DNA from: Nitrospirota bacterium
Lineage (GTDB): Bacteria; Nitrospirota; Thermodesulfovibrionia; Thermodesulfovibrionales; UBA1546
Assembly (NCBI GenBank): GCA_016195565.1
Contig: JACPZK010000002.1
Span: 44,422 to 108,421, forward strand
DNA length: 64,000 bases
Reading direction: 5' to 3'
The position numbers and the translations under genes are program-made. How positions within the stretch are numbered: the first letter of the stretch is position 1; each line of letters starts with the position of its first letter. The notes beneath the pieces were generated by a model, which worked only from the letters and a program-made list of their open reading frames with translations, had not been told where the DNA came from and did no database searches. This document shows, piece by piece, positions 19,151 to 29,071 of this stretch.

Positions 19151-21157
19151 GTGTTTAGCGCTGATAGGGCAAGACACCTGCAAAACCTTTTTTTATCAGA
19201 AAGCTGGAAAGGCCGCTTCAAGGCCCTTTCTGATACTACAGGATTTAATCTGAGAATCTATTCAGAGGATGGGAACCCAATTTTTTCTACTGAGGAGTAT
19301 TGTCCAATGTGCAGGGGTTTGCTCTCTGCGCCTGATTTTAGGTCTAAATGCGATACCTACTGCCACAACACTATGATGGAAGCTTTTAGTAAATGCCATC
19401 CAATAACCTACAAGTGTTATGCAAAAATAATGAGTTTTGCCTTCCCAGTCGAATATATGGGTGACAAGGTAGTAATCTTAGGACAGGGGTCATTTCCCAC
19501 CTACGGAGATTTCCGCGAATTTATAAAACATTTAAGCTTTTCTAAAGTTGAAATTTTTCCTGTAACAGGTCCCCTTAAATTTACTACTGCTGAAGATGCA
19601 AGAAATGCATGCAGTCTTGTGGATAGTTCTATAGCTCAACTTTTAAAAAACACTCAGGAAACCATTACACTTAAGAAAAAGGTGGATAGCCTGAAAAAAG
19701 TCCTTGGCATGTGGGGTGTTGCTTCACAGGAGCAACCGGAGACACTTTATAAATATATGACAGCTAATCTATTTACACTTCTTGACATTAAGTATATTGC
19801 AATTTTTTCATTAGACAAAGAGCGCGGCAGCTATAAGAGCCTTTACAGCCTGAAGAAGAATGATAGGGCGGCAGAGACCTTCAGCATCAGCGAGCATGAT
19901 ATCATAGTACAAGAACTCCTGAAAGGTAAGCCGTTTGTTTCATCAATGGAACCCTATATGACCGGCAGGGTTGACTTTCCGGAAGACACAAATGTCTTTT
20001 ATTTTTTCCCCATCTTGGTCAATCAGAGATTAGAAGGTATCTTGGGTATCTTTGACAACCAGCTTAAAGAGAGCGATATAGCTATTATTAATAGATTCTG
20101 TACGCAAACAGCAATATCCATAGAAAATCAAAGATTACACCGTAAACTGTATAGAAAACTTGATAGATTTGCTACTGTGTCAGATATAACAAAGACCTTA
20201 ACACCTATCCTAAACTATGAGACACTGTTACAGACAATTCTTGATAAGTCTGCTGAGTTGCTCAGGGCAGAACAGGGATCCCTGATGCTGCTTGACCATG
20301 AAACCGAGACGCTGCTTCTTAAGGCAAAAAGAGGGATGAATGACAGCATAACAGAAAAACTCAGGATTCAAAAGGGTGAGGGCATAGCCGGGAAAGTAGC
20401 CGAACTCGGTGAACCATTCCTTGTCGAGGATGTTGAAAACGATCCAAGGATTAACCAGAAAAACCGACTGCCGTATAAGACAAGGTCATTTGTCAGCGTG
20501 CCTATAACGATACAAGGCCGCGTCATTGGAGTGCTGAATCTATCAGATAAGACAACAGGTGAGATCTTCAATAAAGAGGACTTAGAACTCATTCAAGCCT
20601 TTGCAACCCAGGCCGCTATTGTTATGGAGAGGAATGTGTTTTATACACAAACAAAAGAGTTGAGAAAATTAGCTATAACAGACCCCCTCACAGGTTTGCT
20701 AAACCGCAGATACCTGAGTGAAAGATTAGAAGAAGAATTATTGCGTTCTCAGAGACATGACCGGCTTTTAAGTCTTCTAATGGTGGATATAGATGGGTTT
20801 AAGGGTTATAACGACACATTTGGCCATCCTATTGGCGACAAGGCGCTTAAGGCTACAGCAGAATCTATATTGAGATCTGTGAGGTCTGTGGATATAGCAT
20901 CTCGTTACGGCGGAGACGAATTTGTAATAATACTGCCGGAAACAGGCAAGACATTAGCTGTCAGTATAGCAGAAAGATTAAGGAGTGATGTGGCAGAGAT
21001 CAAATCACTGCCGGGAGGCTTAACTCTTACAATAAGCATCGGCGTCGCTTCTTATCCGGAAGATGGTAAGATAAGTGAACTGCTTCTTGGAAATGTTGAC
21101 AAGGCCCTCTATCTTGCTAAAAATAGAGGCGGAAATAGAATAGAGGTGTTTTCGTAA
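19151..21157 (+). CDS. Cytoplasmic diguanylate cyclase: Cys-rich PocR-like sensor + two GAF + GGDEF
   Basis: N-terminal CPMC/CDTYC/YKCYA; GEGIAGKV and GVLNLSDK GAF; RSVD I-site; RYGGDEF. Confidence 0.9.
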   Translation: MFSADRARHLQNLFLSESWKGRFKALSDTTGFNLRIYSEDGNPIFSTEEYCPMCRGLLSAPDFRSKCDTYCHNTMMEAFSKCHPITYKCYAKIMSFAFPVEYMGDKVVILGQGSFPTYGDFREFIKHLSFSKVEIFPVTGPLKFTTAEDARNACSLVDSSIAQLLKNTQETITLKKKVDSLKKVLGMWGVASQEQPETLYKYMTANLFTLLDIKYIAIFSLDKERGSYKSLYSLKKNDRAAETFSISEHDIIVQELLKGKPFVSSMEPYMTGRVDFPEDTNVFYFFPILVNQRLEGILGIFDNQLKESDIAIINRFCTQTAISIENQRLHRKLYRKLDRFATVSDITKTLTPILNYETLLQTILDKSAELLRAEQGSLMLLDHETETLLLKAKRGMNDSITEKLRIQKGEGIAGKVAELGEPFLVEDVENDPRINQKNRLPYKTRSFVSVPITIQGRVIGVLNLSDKTTGEIFNKEDLELIQAFATQAAIVMERNVFYTQTKELRKLAITDPLTGLLNRRYLSERLEEELLRSQRHDRLLSLLMVDIDGFKGYNDTFGHPIGDKALKATAESILRSVRSVDIASRYGGDEFVIILPETGKTLAVSIAERLRSDVAEIKSLPGGLTLTISIGVASYPEDGKISELLLGNVDKALYLAKNRGGNRIEVFS

Positions 21158-21158
21158 G

Positions 21159-22829
21159 ATGCCCTTAAGAACACTCCCTGAAAAAGATTTTTTTGGCAGA
21201 AAAGAAGAACTGGTAGGCCTATACCGCAGGTCCCTTGAAGTAGAGAGGGGCAGTACACAAAGCATCTTTCTTTCAGGGAGTAGAGGCGTTGGCAAGACAG
21301 AGCTTCTCAAGCAGTTGTTTAACCAGCTATTTTGGAAACAGGATAAGATAGCCCCCTTCTACTATTCTATAAACAGCGCAATAGTGTCTGTGTCAGAGTT
21401 TTCGAGGGATTATCTAATGCGTTATATCTGCCAGAGACTTGCCTTTGAGAACAAGGAATCATCACTGATATATCGCGAGGGTTTATCAATAGATGGCTTA
21501 ACCTCTATTTTAGAGGAGAGAAATGCCTTTTGGGCGCTTGAGATCCTTGACGAATATATCCAGTATCATGAACCTATGGATTCCCTTCGCATTGCATTAA
21601 ATGTACCGCATCAATCAACCCTTGCTACAGGGATGCCTGTAGTAGTAATGATAGACGAGTTTCAACGGCTGAATAATTTCCATATTAGCGGCAATGCTGC
21701 CCCGATGCTGGCCGCCCTCTTTGAAATGCCGCTGTCTTTTAGAAAGGCGCCGCATTTGATTACCGGCAATCAGGCTGAGATTCAAGAAATGCCTGTCATA
21801 GGCGCTCTTACGAGGATGGATGTGCAACCCCTCCAATTAGAAGATGCTGCTCTGATGTTTTCCTCCTGGCTTGATGGGCACGGCATTAAGATTAGTTTAG
21901 AGCCCCATACCTTCCTTAATCATCTTGGAGGCAACCCCTTTTACATTAAATGTGTCGCAAGGGCAGCGGGCCTGAGTAAAAAATCAGAAGAGAGAGATTG
22001 CTGGAGGATTTACATAAATGAGATTAGTGATGGGAATATATACTTTTACTGGTTATCAGTCCTAAAAAGTTTTTTCCCTGAGTTAGGTAAAAGGAGAAAG
22101 GTTCTTGAGATCACCAAGAGGATTTATCATACAGGAGAATCTCTTACACAGCATAGAATTTCAAAGGCCTTTTCTTTAAGCGAGAGAGATACGGAAGTAA
22201 TCACTACCGCCCTTTATCGCGCAGGTTTTGTTAGAGGAGAATTTGGTGTCTTCAGAGCGCCTGAAGATAGGGTTTTAATAGACTTTATAGACTGTCTCTA
22301 CATGAAGGAGGTTCGCGGTAAATCCTATAGAGATATTGAAATAGGACTGCTTGAAAAGGCAGCAGATACTAAGTCTAAGGGCACATCTTTTGAAATGACA
22401 ATACCAATGGTCAGGGAGGCTGAACTTGTTGCGGCTCAGTGCCTTGAGCAGATAGGTAAAAATCTGCATTTGGATGAGGATGTCATCGGTCAGCTTCAGA
22501 TGGCTGTCCTCGAGGCATGCATAAATGCCATGGAGCATAGCAAAGGAGAAGATAAGAATATCTATTTGAGTTTTAATTTTGCTGAAGACCTGGCAGAGAT
22601 ATCCATTGAAAGCTCTGGCAGGGATTTTGTATCTCAAGAGACAGGAGAACCCTTTGTTGGAAGAGGGCTTAAGGAGCATGCCGGCAGGGGATGGGGTATA
22701 AAACTTATGAAAAACTTTGTTGATTCAGTGAGCTTTGAGAAGACAGAACGAGGGACAAAGGTGGTTTTGGTTAAAAACCTTTTGAGAGCAGCCGGAATTA
22801 ATAAGGAGGACACAGCGTCAAGTGGATAA
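21159..22829 (+). CDS. P-loop ATPase (archaeal-ATPase/STAND-like) fused to C-terminal RsbW/SpoIIAB-type anti-sigma kinase domain
   Basis: FFGRKEEL, Walker A GSRGVGKT, Walker B MIDEFQ, GGNPFY; C-terminal EACINAMEH, GRGWGIKLM and GTKV. Confidence 0.85.
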   Translation: MPLRTLPEKDFFGRKEELVGLYRRSLEVERGSTQSIFLSGSRGVGKTELLKQLFNQLFWKQDKIAPFYYSINSAIVSVSEFSRDYLMRYICQRLAFENKESSLIYREGLSIDGLTSILEERNAFWALEILDEYIQYHEPMDSLRIALNVPHQSTLATGMPVVVMIDEFQRLNNFHISGNAAPMLAALFEMPLSFRKAPHLITGNQAEIQEMPVIGALTRMDVQPLQLEDAALMFSSWLDGHGIKISLEPHTFLNHLGGNPFYIKCVARAAGLSKKSEERDCWRIYINEISDGNIYFYWLSVLKSFFPELGKRRKVLEITKRIYHTGESLTQHRISKAFSLSERDTEVITTALYRAGFVRGEFGVFRAPEDRVLIDFIDCLYMKEVRGKSYRDIEIGLLEKAADTKSKGTSFEMTIPMVREAELVAAQCLEQIGKNLHLDEDVIGQLQMAVLEACINAMEHSKGEDKNIYLSFNFAEDLAEISIESSGRDFVSQETGEPFVGRGLKEHAGRGWGIKLMKNFVDSVSFEKTERGTKVVLVKNLLRAAGINKEDTASSG

Positions 22830-23175
22830 TTTCTCGGTGTCCGTAAAATCAGCGCAAAACGTGGCTGTTATCGCGCCGAAGGGATATGTAAACGACCTCG
22901 GAGCAGAGGGCCTTGAGCATGAATGCGAGAGGTTCCTTGATAAAGGGATAAAAAAGATAATAATAAATTTCTCCGCTGTGCAGTTCATAAACAGCATTGG
23001 AGCGTCAATCTTCACAGGCATTGTTCAGAAGGCATCGGAGTATAAGGGGCTTCTCTGTTTTACGAATATGAAAAGAGTTCACAGCGATGTATTTGAGATG
23101 CTTGGTATTACACGGCACGTAAAAGTTTTTAAGGAAGAAAAGGACGCCCTTGATTTTCTGAAAGATAAAGATTGA
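22822..23175 (+). CDS. STAS-domain anti-anti-sigma factor (RsbV/SpoIIAA-like)
   Basis: IIINFSAVQFINSIG with the conserved phosphoacceptor-position Ser; VFEMLGI. Confidence 0.9.
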   Translation: MDNFSVSVKSAQNVAVIAPKGYVNDLGAEGLEHECERFLDKGIKKIIINFSAVQFINSIGASIFTGIVQKASEYKGLLCFTNMKRVHSDVFEMLGITRHVKVFKEEKDALDFLKDKD

Positions 23176-23176
23176 G

Positions 23177-24406
23177 ATGAAGAAAAAAGATGATTTAACG
23201 CGGCTGCTCTTCAGCATATCATCACTGGTTGACCTCGGGCAGGAAGTAACATCTTCTGATAATTTTAGCAGGCGGATGAAGACAGCCCTTTATGTAATAA
23301 CTGGAACGTTTTCGGTGCCGAAGGCCGCCCTTCTCAGGTATAACCCGCAGCGTTATAAACTCGAACTTCTTGCATCCAAAGGCCTGAAAGATGTTGACGG
23401 TATAAGCATGCAGATTAAGACAAAAGCCGTAAAGGCCATTGAAAAGAATGAGCCGCACGCCATAAACACTTCCGGCAAGGATGCTTTTTACGGCCAAAGC
23501 AAAGATTTGTTTAAGAAGACTCAGGCAAAGACCTTTATCCCTTTGTTTGCAAAGGACGAGTTTGTAGGCGCGATAATTCTCGGTAAAAGGCTTTCGAGAG
23601 AGGGTTATCTTAAAACCGAGAAAGATGTGCTTAAGATTATAGCCAATCAGATAGCCATTACACTTCATAACTCGAATCTTTTCAAAAGCCTTTCAAGCAA
23701 GGTCAATGAAAACAAAAGGCTATATGAAAATATGAGGCATATATACCATGACACCATTCAGGCATTTGCCGCTGCGATCGACGCCAAGGATGTATATACA
23801 AAGAATCATTCATTCAGAGTTTCAAGATATGCTGTTGCCATAGCAATGGAGCTTGGCTGGAAGGAAAAGGACGTCGAGGCGATATATGTGGCAGGCCTGC
23901 TCCATGACATAGGAAAGATAACAATTGACAGGGGAGTGATAAATAAAGGGGAAGACCTATCAGTGTCCGAGCTGAGCGAAATAAAAAGGCATCCCCAGAT
24001 CTCATACAACATACTTTCAAAGATAAATTTTCCGTGGAAAGACCTCGTGCACTTTGTGAAACACCACCATGAAAGGGTTGACGGCAGGGGCTATCCTGAT
24101 TCACTGAGCGGAGAAGGACTGAGCGACGGCGTAAAGATACTTGCATTAGCGGATGCATTTGATGCAATGACAACAGACAGGCCCTACAGAAAAAAACTCC
24201 ATCTCTCAGAAGCGCTGAAGGAAGTAAGGAAATGCCTCGGAACACAGTTTGACAGCAAAATATCAAATATCTTTTTCAGGGTGTTGCAGAAAGAGCTTAA
24301 AGGTCAGAGTAAAGAGGCGCAGATACTGCCTCATCTTGATAAGGAGTTTGACCCTGCTATCATAATCACCCTTCTTGAGGGCATTATTGCAGAACTGTCT
24401 GCATAA
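23177..24406 (+). CDS. GAF + HD-GYP phosphodiesterase
   Basis: AIDAKD..T..HS, LLHDIGK, HHERVDGRGYP and ADAFDAMTTDRPYR motifs. Confidence 0.92.
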   Translation: MKKKDDLTRLLFSISSLVDLGQEVTSSDNFSRRMKTALYVITGTFSVPKAALLRYNPQRYKLELLASKGLKDVDGISMQIKTKAVKAIEKNEPHAINTSGKDAFYGQSKDLFKKTQAKTFIPLFAKDEFVGAIILGKRLSREGYLKTEKDVLKIIANQIAITLHNSNLFKSLSSKVNENKRLYENMRHIYHDTIQAFAAAIDAKDVYTKNHSFRVSRYAVAIAMELGWKEKDVEAIYVAGLLHDIGKITIDRGVINKGEDLSVSELSEIKRHPQISYNILSKINFPWKDLVHFVKHHHERVDGRGYPDSLSGEGLSDGVKILALADAFDAMTTDRPYRKKLHLSEALKEVRKCLGTQFDSKISNIFFRVLQKELKGQSKEAQILPHLDKEFDPAIIITLLEGIIAELSA

Positions 24407-24410
24407 AAAT

Positions 24411-24497
24411 TGGTGCCGGTGGAGAGACTTGAACTCTCACGGGGTCGCCCCCACCGGATTTTGAGTCCGGCGCGTCTGCCAGTTCCACCACACCGGC
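24411..24497 (-). tRNA. tRNA-Leu (anticodon CAA)
   Basis: Reverse complement GCCGGTGTGGTGGAACTGGCAGACGCG-CCGGA-CTCAAAA-TCCGG-long variable arm-GTTCAAG-...CCGGCACCA. Confidence 0.96.
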
Positions 24498-24519
24498 TTA
24501 ATCTTCTAAAGCATTGCGG

Positions 24520-25497
24520 TTAAGCTTCAGCAACGTCAAAACTTCCGATCCGCCTGAGCCTTTTATACCTTTCATCTATGAGCTTTCCGCCGCTCTTGCC
24601 GCCAAGCTCTTCTATTGACTGCATTATTATCTCAGAAATATTTTTCGCAACTGCTTCCGGGTCTCTGTGGGCGCCGCCAAGCGGCTCAGGTATTATCCCG
24701 TCAATTATCTTAAACCCGAGAAGGTCTTGTGCGGTAAGCTTGAGCGCATCCGCGGACTTTGAGAACTCCTCCGGAGTAAGATCTCCGTCTTTTCTCCATA
24801 ATATTGCAGCGCAGCCCTCAGGTGATATGACTGAATAAACAGAATGCTCAAGCATATAAATCCTGTCTGCAACTCCCAATGCAAGGGCTCCGCCGCTTCC
24901 GCCCTCGCCGATGACAACAGAGATTATAGGAGTCTTCATTTTTGACATCTCCATGAGATTTGTTGCTATTGCCTCTGATTGTCCTCTCTCTTCAGCGCCT
25001 ATGCCTGGATAAGCACCCGGGGTGTCTATAAGCGTGATTATAGGTTTTTTAAATCTCTCTGCAAGTTTCATAAGCCTCAGAGCCTTTCTATAGCCCTCCG
25101 GCTGCGGCTGCCCGAAGTTTCTGTATATCCTCTCCTTTGTCCCTCTTCCCTTTTGGTGGCCTATAATCATTACATGCACGCCGTTTATAGTTGCAAAACC
25201 TCCGGCTATTGCCGGGTCATCAGAGAACCTCCTGTCGCCGTGAAGCTCTATGAAATCTTCTGAAAGCATGTCTATATAGTCAAGGGTATACGGCCTGTCA
25301 GGATGCCTTGCAAGAAGCGTTTTCTGCCACGGGGTGAGATTGGAAAAGATTTCAGAGCGGAGTTCTTTTGCCTTTTTCTCAAGCTTTTTTACAGCCGAGG
25401 TTATATCCATGTCTTTCCTGTTAGAAAGACTTTTAAGCTCCTCTATTTTAAGCTCAAGCTCTTCTATGGATTTTTCAAACTCAAGATAATATCTCAT
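24520..25497 (-). CDS. accA: Acetyl-CoA carboxylase carboxyltransferase alpha subunit
   Basis: [25 protein letters not shown] and [10 protein letters not shown] motifs. Confidence 0.98.
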   Translation of the reverse strand: MRYYLEFEKSIEELELKIEELKSLSNRKDMDITSAVKKLEKKAKELRSEIFSNLTPWQKTLLARHPDRPYTLDYIDMLSEDFIELHGDRRFSDDPAIAGGFATINGVHVMIIGHQKGRGTKERIYRNFGQPQPEGYRKALRLMKLAERFKKPIITLIDTPGAYPGIGAEERGQSEAIATNLMEMSKMKTPIISVVIGEGGSGGALALGVADRIYMLEHSVYSVISPEGCAAILWRKDGDLTPEEFSKSADALKLTAQDLLGFKIIDGIIPEPLGGAHRDPEAVAKNISEIIMQSIEELGGKSGGKLIDERYKRLRRIGSFDVAEA

Positions 25498-25503
25498 AGT
25501 AAA

Positions 25504-25568
25504 TTATGAGTTAAGAGTGATAAGTTAAGAGTGAAGAGTTAAAGGGTTTTAACTTTAAACTTTCAACT
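25504..25568. repeat. Heptamer repeat tract (GAGTTAA-type plus complementary AACTTTA-type) between dnaE and accA
   Basis: gagttaa gagtgat aagttaa gagtgaa gagttaa ... aacttta aactttc aact; the dnaE stop lies within it. Confidence 0.8.
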
Positions 25569-28500
25569 TGTTATCCTCACTGCTCCTTTCCCGAGTATCC
25601 CTTCAAGCCTGCCTATCAGCATGCTGCTTGGATCTATCTGAAACCCTGTGGCAATAAACACCTCAGAGTCAGGCAAATCCATTTTTAAATATAAAGGGCA
25701 TTCCCCTGAACTGCCTGACAGCGCTTCCCGAATATTTTCAAGGGTTAAACTGTCAACAATGGGATATTTTATACTAATCTCGCATTTTAAGCCATTTTTT
25801 GAAGCCATGCTGTCAATCCCGGATATCTCTCTCAACAGGAGCTTAATGCCCTTTTCTGTCCTGTCAATGGTTCCCTTCACAATCACCGGCATGTCTTTCT
25901 TAAGAAGTCCAAGGCTGTTTCTGTAGATGTCCGCGAAGGCTATGGCTTCCACGCTGCCTTCCTCATCTTCTATTGTCAGATATGCCATTGTATCCGTTGT
26001 GCCCTTTTTTTGAAATTTCTTAATGGATGCTATTACGCCTGCGATCTGGACCTCTTCCCTGTCAGACATACTGCCTGTCTCAGAGGTCTTTTTTATGTTC
26101 AGGGCAGCCAGCCTTCCCCTGTATTTCATAAGCGGATGGCCGGTTATGTAAAAACCAAGGGCATCCTTCTCATTTTTCAGCAGTTCTGCTTCATCCCATT
26201 CCTCAGATGAAATTTCCGGTTCAAATTTTTCATCGCCAAAAATGCTCTGCTGGCCGCTATGCCTTGAACCCTTGCCGTTGCTGCTCAGAATATCGTTGAC
26301 AGCGCGCATCGCAGTCCCTCTTGAAATGCCTATAGAGTCAAATGCGCCTGCCTTCACAAGGCTTTCAAGGACTTTCTTGTTAACCTTTCGCGAATCAACT
26401 CTTTGGATGAGGTCTGCAATTGATTTGAACGGCTCTCCGCTTTTCCGGACTTCAAGGACAGACTCTATTGCCGCGCCTCCTACACCCTTTACAGCCTCAA
26501 GCCCAAAACGTATTGAGTTGCCTATAACCTTGAACTCCCGTCCGGAAAGGTTTATGTCAGGCGGAAGTATCTCAATCTTCATATTCCTGCATTCGTTGAT
26601 TGACTTTACTATCTTGTCGGTGTCGTTTACGTCAAGACTGAGAGTGGCTGCCATGAATTCAACAGGATAATGCGCCTTAAGATATGCTGTCTGGTACGCG
26701 ATGAATGCATAGGCAGCTGAGTGGGACTTGTTGAAGCCGTACTGGGCAAAGGGTTCCATTTTTTCAAAAAGCTTGGCTGCCTTTTTTTCGGCAATGCCGT
26801 TTTTGACTGCGCCGTTGACGAAACTCTCTTTCTGTTCCATCATCTCTTCAAGCTTCTTTTTCCCCATGGCCCGCCTGAGGATGTCTGCCTGGCCCATGGT
26901 GAAATTCGCAATCTTATTTGCTATCATCATTACCTGTTCCTGATACAGGATAATCCCGTAGGTCTCATCAAGTATCTCCTTGAGCTGCGGCAGGACATAG
27001 CTAATCTTTTTCTCTCCCTTCTTGCATTTGATGAAGTCATCTATCCAGGCCATCGGCCCGGGACGGTAAAGCGCAACAAGAGCGATAAGGTCTTCAAACC
27101 TGTTAGGCTGCATCCTTATGAGAATGTCCCTCATCCCCTCGCTTTCAAGCTGGAATACGCCTGTTGTATGGCTTGAGCTGAGCAGATCATATGTCTTTTT
27201 GTCATTGAACGGTATGTCATTAAGATTAAGGCCTCTGCCTGTCTGCTTGATATACTCCAATGTTTTCTCAATGACCGTAAGCGTTTTCAGCCCAAGAAAA
27301 TCAAATTTAAGGAGCCCGATTTTTTCCAGAGACTCCATATCAAATTGGGTCACGATGCTTTCGTCAGCCGGGTTTCTGTAAAGAGGCGTATAATCGGTCA
27401 GAGGGGCCGGCGAAATTACCACGCCTGCGGCATGTGTAGATGCATGTCTGTTAAGCCCCTCAAGTCTTACTGCTATGTTGAGAAGTCCTTTCACGCCTTC
27501 ATCTGAGTCATAGGCCTGTTTAAGCTGCGGCTCAAGCCTTAATGCCTCTTCAATGGTTATCTTTAACTGGTTCGGAACAAGTTTTGCGATTTTATCAACT
27601 TCAGCATAGGGTATATCCATCGCACGGCCCACATCCCTTATAGCCGCTTTTGCAGCCATTGTGCCGAATGTTATTATCTGGGCAACATGCTCTTTTCCGT
27701 ATTTGTCTGACACATAAGATATTACGTCTCCCCTTCTGTCCTGACAGAAATCAACATCAATATCAGGCATGCTTATTCTTTCAGGATTCAGAAACCGCTC
27801 AAAGAGCAGGCCGTATTTAAGGGGGTCTATCTCTGTTATGTCAAGGCAGTAAGAGACAAGGCTTCCGGCAGCTGACCCCCTTCCGGGCCCTACGGGTATG
27901 TTATTGCTTCTTGCGTAACGTATGAAATCCCAAACTATCAGGAAGTAAGAGGCATAACCCATTTTTCTTATAACATTTAATTCTGTCTGGAGCCTTTCCC
28001 TGTAAAGCTGAGGAGCGTCTTTCCCGATTTTTCTTTCAAGGCCGGCGGCTGCAAGCTTTGCAAGCAAAAGATAGGGATCTTCGCCGCCTTCGGCCTTGTA
28101 TTGCGGAAGAAGGATTTCCCCGAGTTTGAATTCAACATTGCATCTTTCAGCAATGGTTATTGTATTTTTAACAGCTTCCGGAATATTCTTAAAGATCTCT
28201 TTCATCTCTGAAGGCGACTTAAAGTAAAATTCATCGGAACTGAATTTCATGCGGTTCAGGTCTTTAAGTGTTTTACCTGTCTGGATGCAGAGGAGAACTT
28301 CGTGAGCCTTTGCATCGCTTTTTTTGAGATAATGGGAATCATTTGTTGCAACAAGGCCAATATGGAGTTCCCGCGAAAGCTCTATAAGCTGTTTGTTAAC
28401 CTCTATTTGTTCAGGCAAGCCGTTTGCCTGTATCTCCAGATAAAAATTATCAGGGCCGAGTACGTGTTTATAAACAAGCGCCTTTTCCCTGGCCCTGTCA

Positions 28501-28967
28501 AGCATTCCTCTCTGCAGATAATAGGGTATTTCGCCCTTGAGGCAGGCTGAAAGGCCTATAAGCCCTCCGCTGTACTGCTCAAGGATATCCATGTCTATCC
28601 GCGGCTTGTAATAGAAGCCTTCTGTATATGCCCTTGTAACCAACGTGACAAGGTTTTTGTAGCCTGCGTTATCTTTAGCAAGCAGTATGAGATGAAAGGA
28701 TTTCTCGTCGTTTTCTGCGCTGTTTTTGTCAAAGCGGCTTTTAGGAGCAATGTAAACTTCGCAGCCAATGATAGGTTTAATCCCTGCCTTTGAGACCTTT
28801 TTATAAAACTCAACAGCGCCGAAGAGATTCCCGTGGTCTGTTATGGCAAGGGCAGGCATCCTGTAAGAGGACGCAAGGGCAACCAGCTCGTTTATTTTAA
28901 TCGCTCCGTCTAAGAGACTGTATTCCGTGTGGAGGTGCAAGGGGACATAGTCCGAATGTGAATGCAT
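25563..28967 (-). CDS. dnaE: DNA polymerase III alpha subunit
   Basis: PHP HLHTEYSLLDG, GPGRGSAAGS, MPDIDVDF, KFDFLGL and FNKSH motifs. Confidence 0.98.
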   Translation of the reverse strand: MHSHSDYVPLHLHTEYSLLDGAIKINELVALASSYRMPALAITDHGNLFGAVEFYKKVSKAGIKPIIGCEVYIAPKSRFDKNSAENDEKSFHLILLAKDNAGYKNLVTLVTRAYTEGFYYKPRIDMDILEQYSGGLIGLSACLKGEIPYYLQRGMLDRAREKALVYKHVLGPDNFYLEIQANGLPEQIEVNKQLIELSRELHIGLVATNDSHYLKKSDAKAHEVLLCIQTGKTLKDLNRMKFSSDEFYFKSPSEMKEIFKNIPEAVKNTITIAERCNVEFKLGEILLPQYKAEGGEDPYLLLAKLAAAGLERKIGKDAPQLYRERLQTELNVIRKMGYASYFLIVWDFIRYARSNNIPVGPGRGSAAGSLVSYCLDITEIDPLKYGLLFERFLNPERISMPDIDVDFCQDRRGDVISYVSDKYGKEHVAQIITFGTMAAKAAIRDVGRAMDIPYAEVDKIAKLVPNQLKITIEEALRLEPQLKQAYDSDEGVKGLLNIAVRLEGLNRHASTHAAGVVISPAPLTDYTPLYRNPADESIVTQFDMESLEKIGLLKFDFLGLKTLTVIEKTLEYIKQTGRGLNLNDIPFNDKKTYDLLSSSHTTGVFQLESEGMRDILIRMQPNRFEDLIALVALYRPGPMAWIDDFIKCKKGEKKISYVLPQLKEILDETYGIILYQEQVMMIANKIANFTMGQADILRRAMGKKKLEEMMEQKESFVNGAVKNGIAEKKAAKLFEKMEPFAQYGFNKSHSAAYAFIAYQTAYLKAHYPVEFMAATLSLDVNDTDKIVKSINECRNMKIEILPPDINLSGREFKVIGNSIRFGLEAVKGVGGAAIESVLEVRKSGEPFKSIADLIQRVDSRKVNKKVLESLVKAGAFDSIGISRGTAMRAVNDILSSNGKGSRHSGQQSIFGDEKFEPEISSEEWDEAELLKNEKDALGFYITGHPLMKYRGRLAALNIKKTSETGSMSDREEVQIAGVIASIKKFQKKGTTDTMAYLTIEDEEGSVEAIAFADIYRNSLGLLKKDMPVIVKGTIDRTEKGIKLLLREISGIDSMASKNGLKCEISIKYPIVDSLTLENIREALSGSSGECPLYLKMDLPDSEVFIATGFQIDPSSMLIGRLEGILGKGAVRITS

Positions 28968-29071
28968 AGAAAATATTAACTATATGAAAGCTGTCAAGTC
29001 AACCTTATCTATGACGCTTATAACCCATTATCTTTACAATGACTCGTTATTGCGATTATAATTAAAAACAT

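Noticed and set aside
19000-24497. Integrative island at the tRNA-Leu 3' end
   Set aside because: No integrase, and I could not find a duplicate of the tRNA 3' end at the far side.
25563-28967. Intein in DnaE
   Set aside because: Length is normal and no splice-junction or LAGLIDADG motifs were seen.
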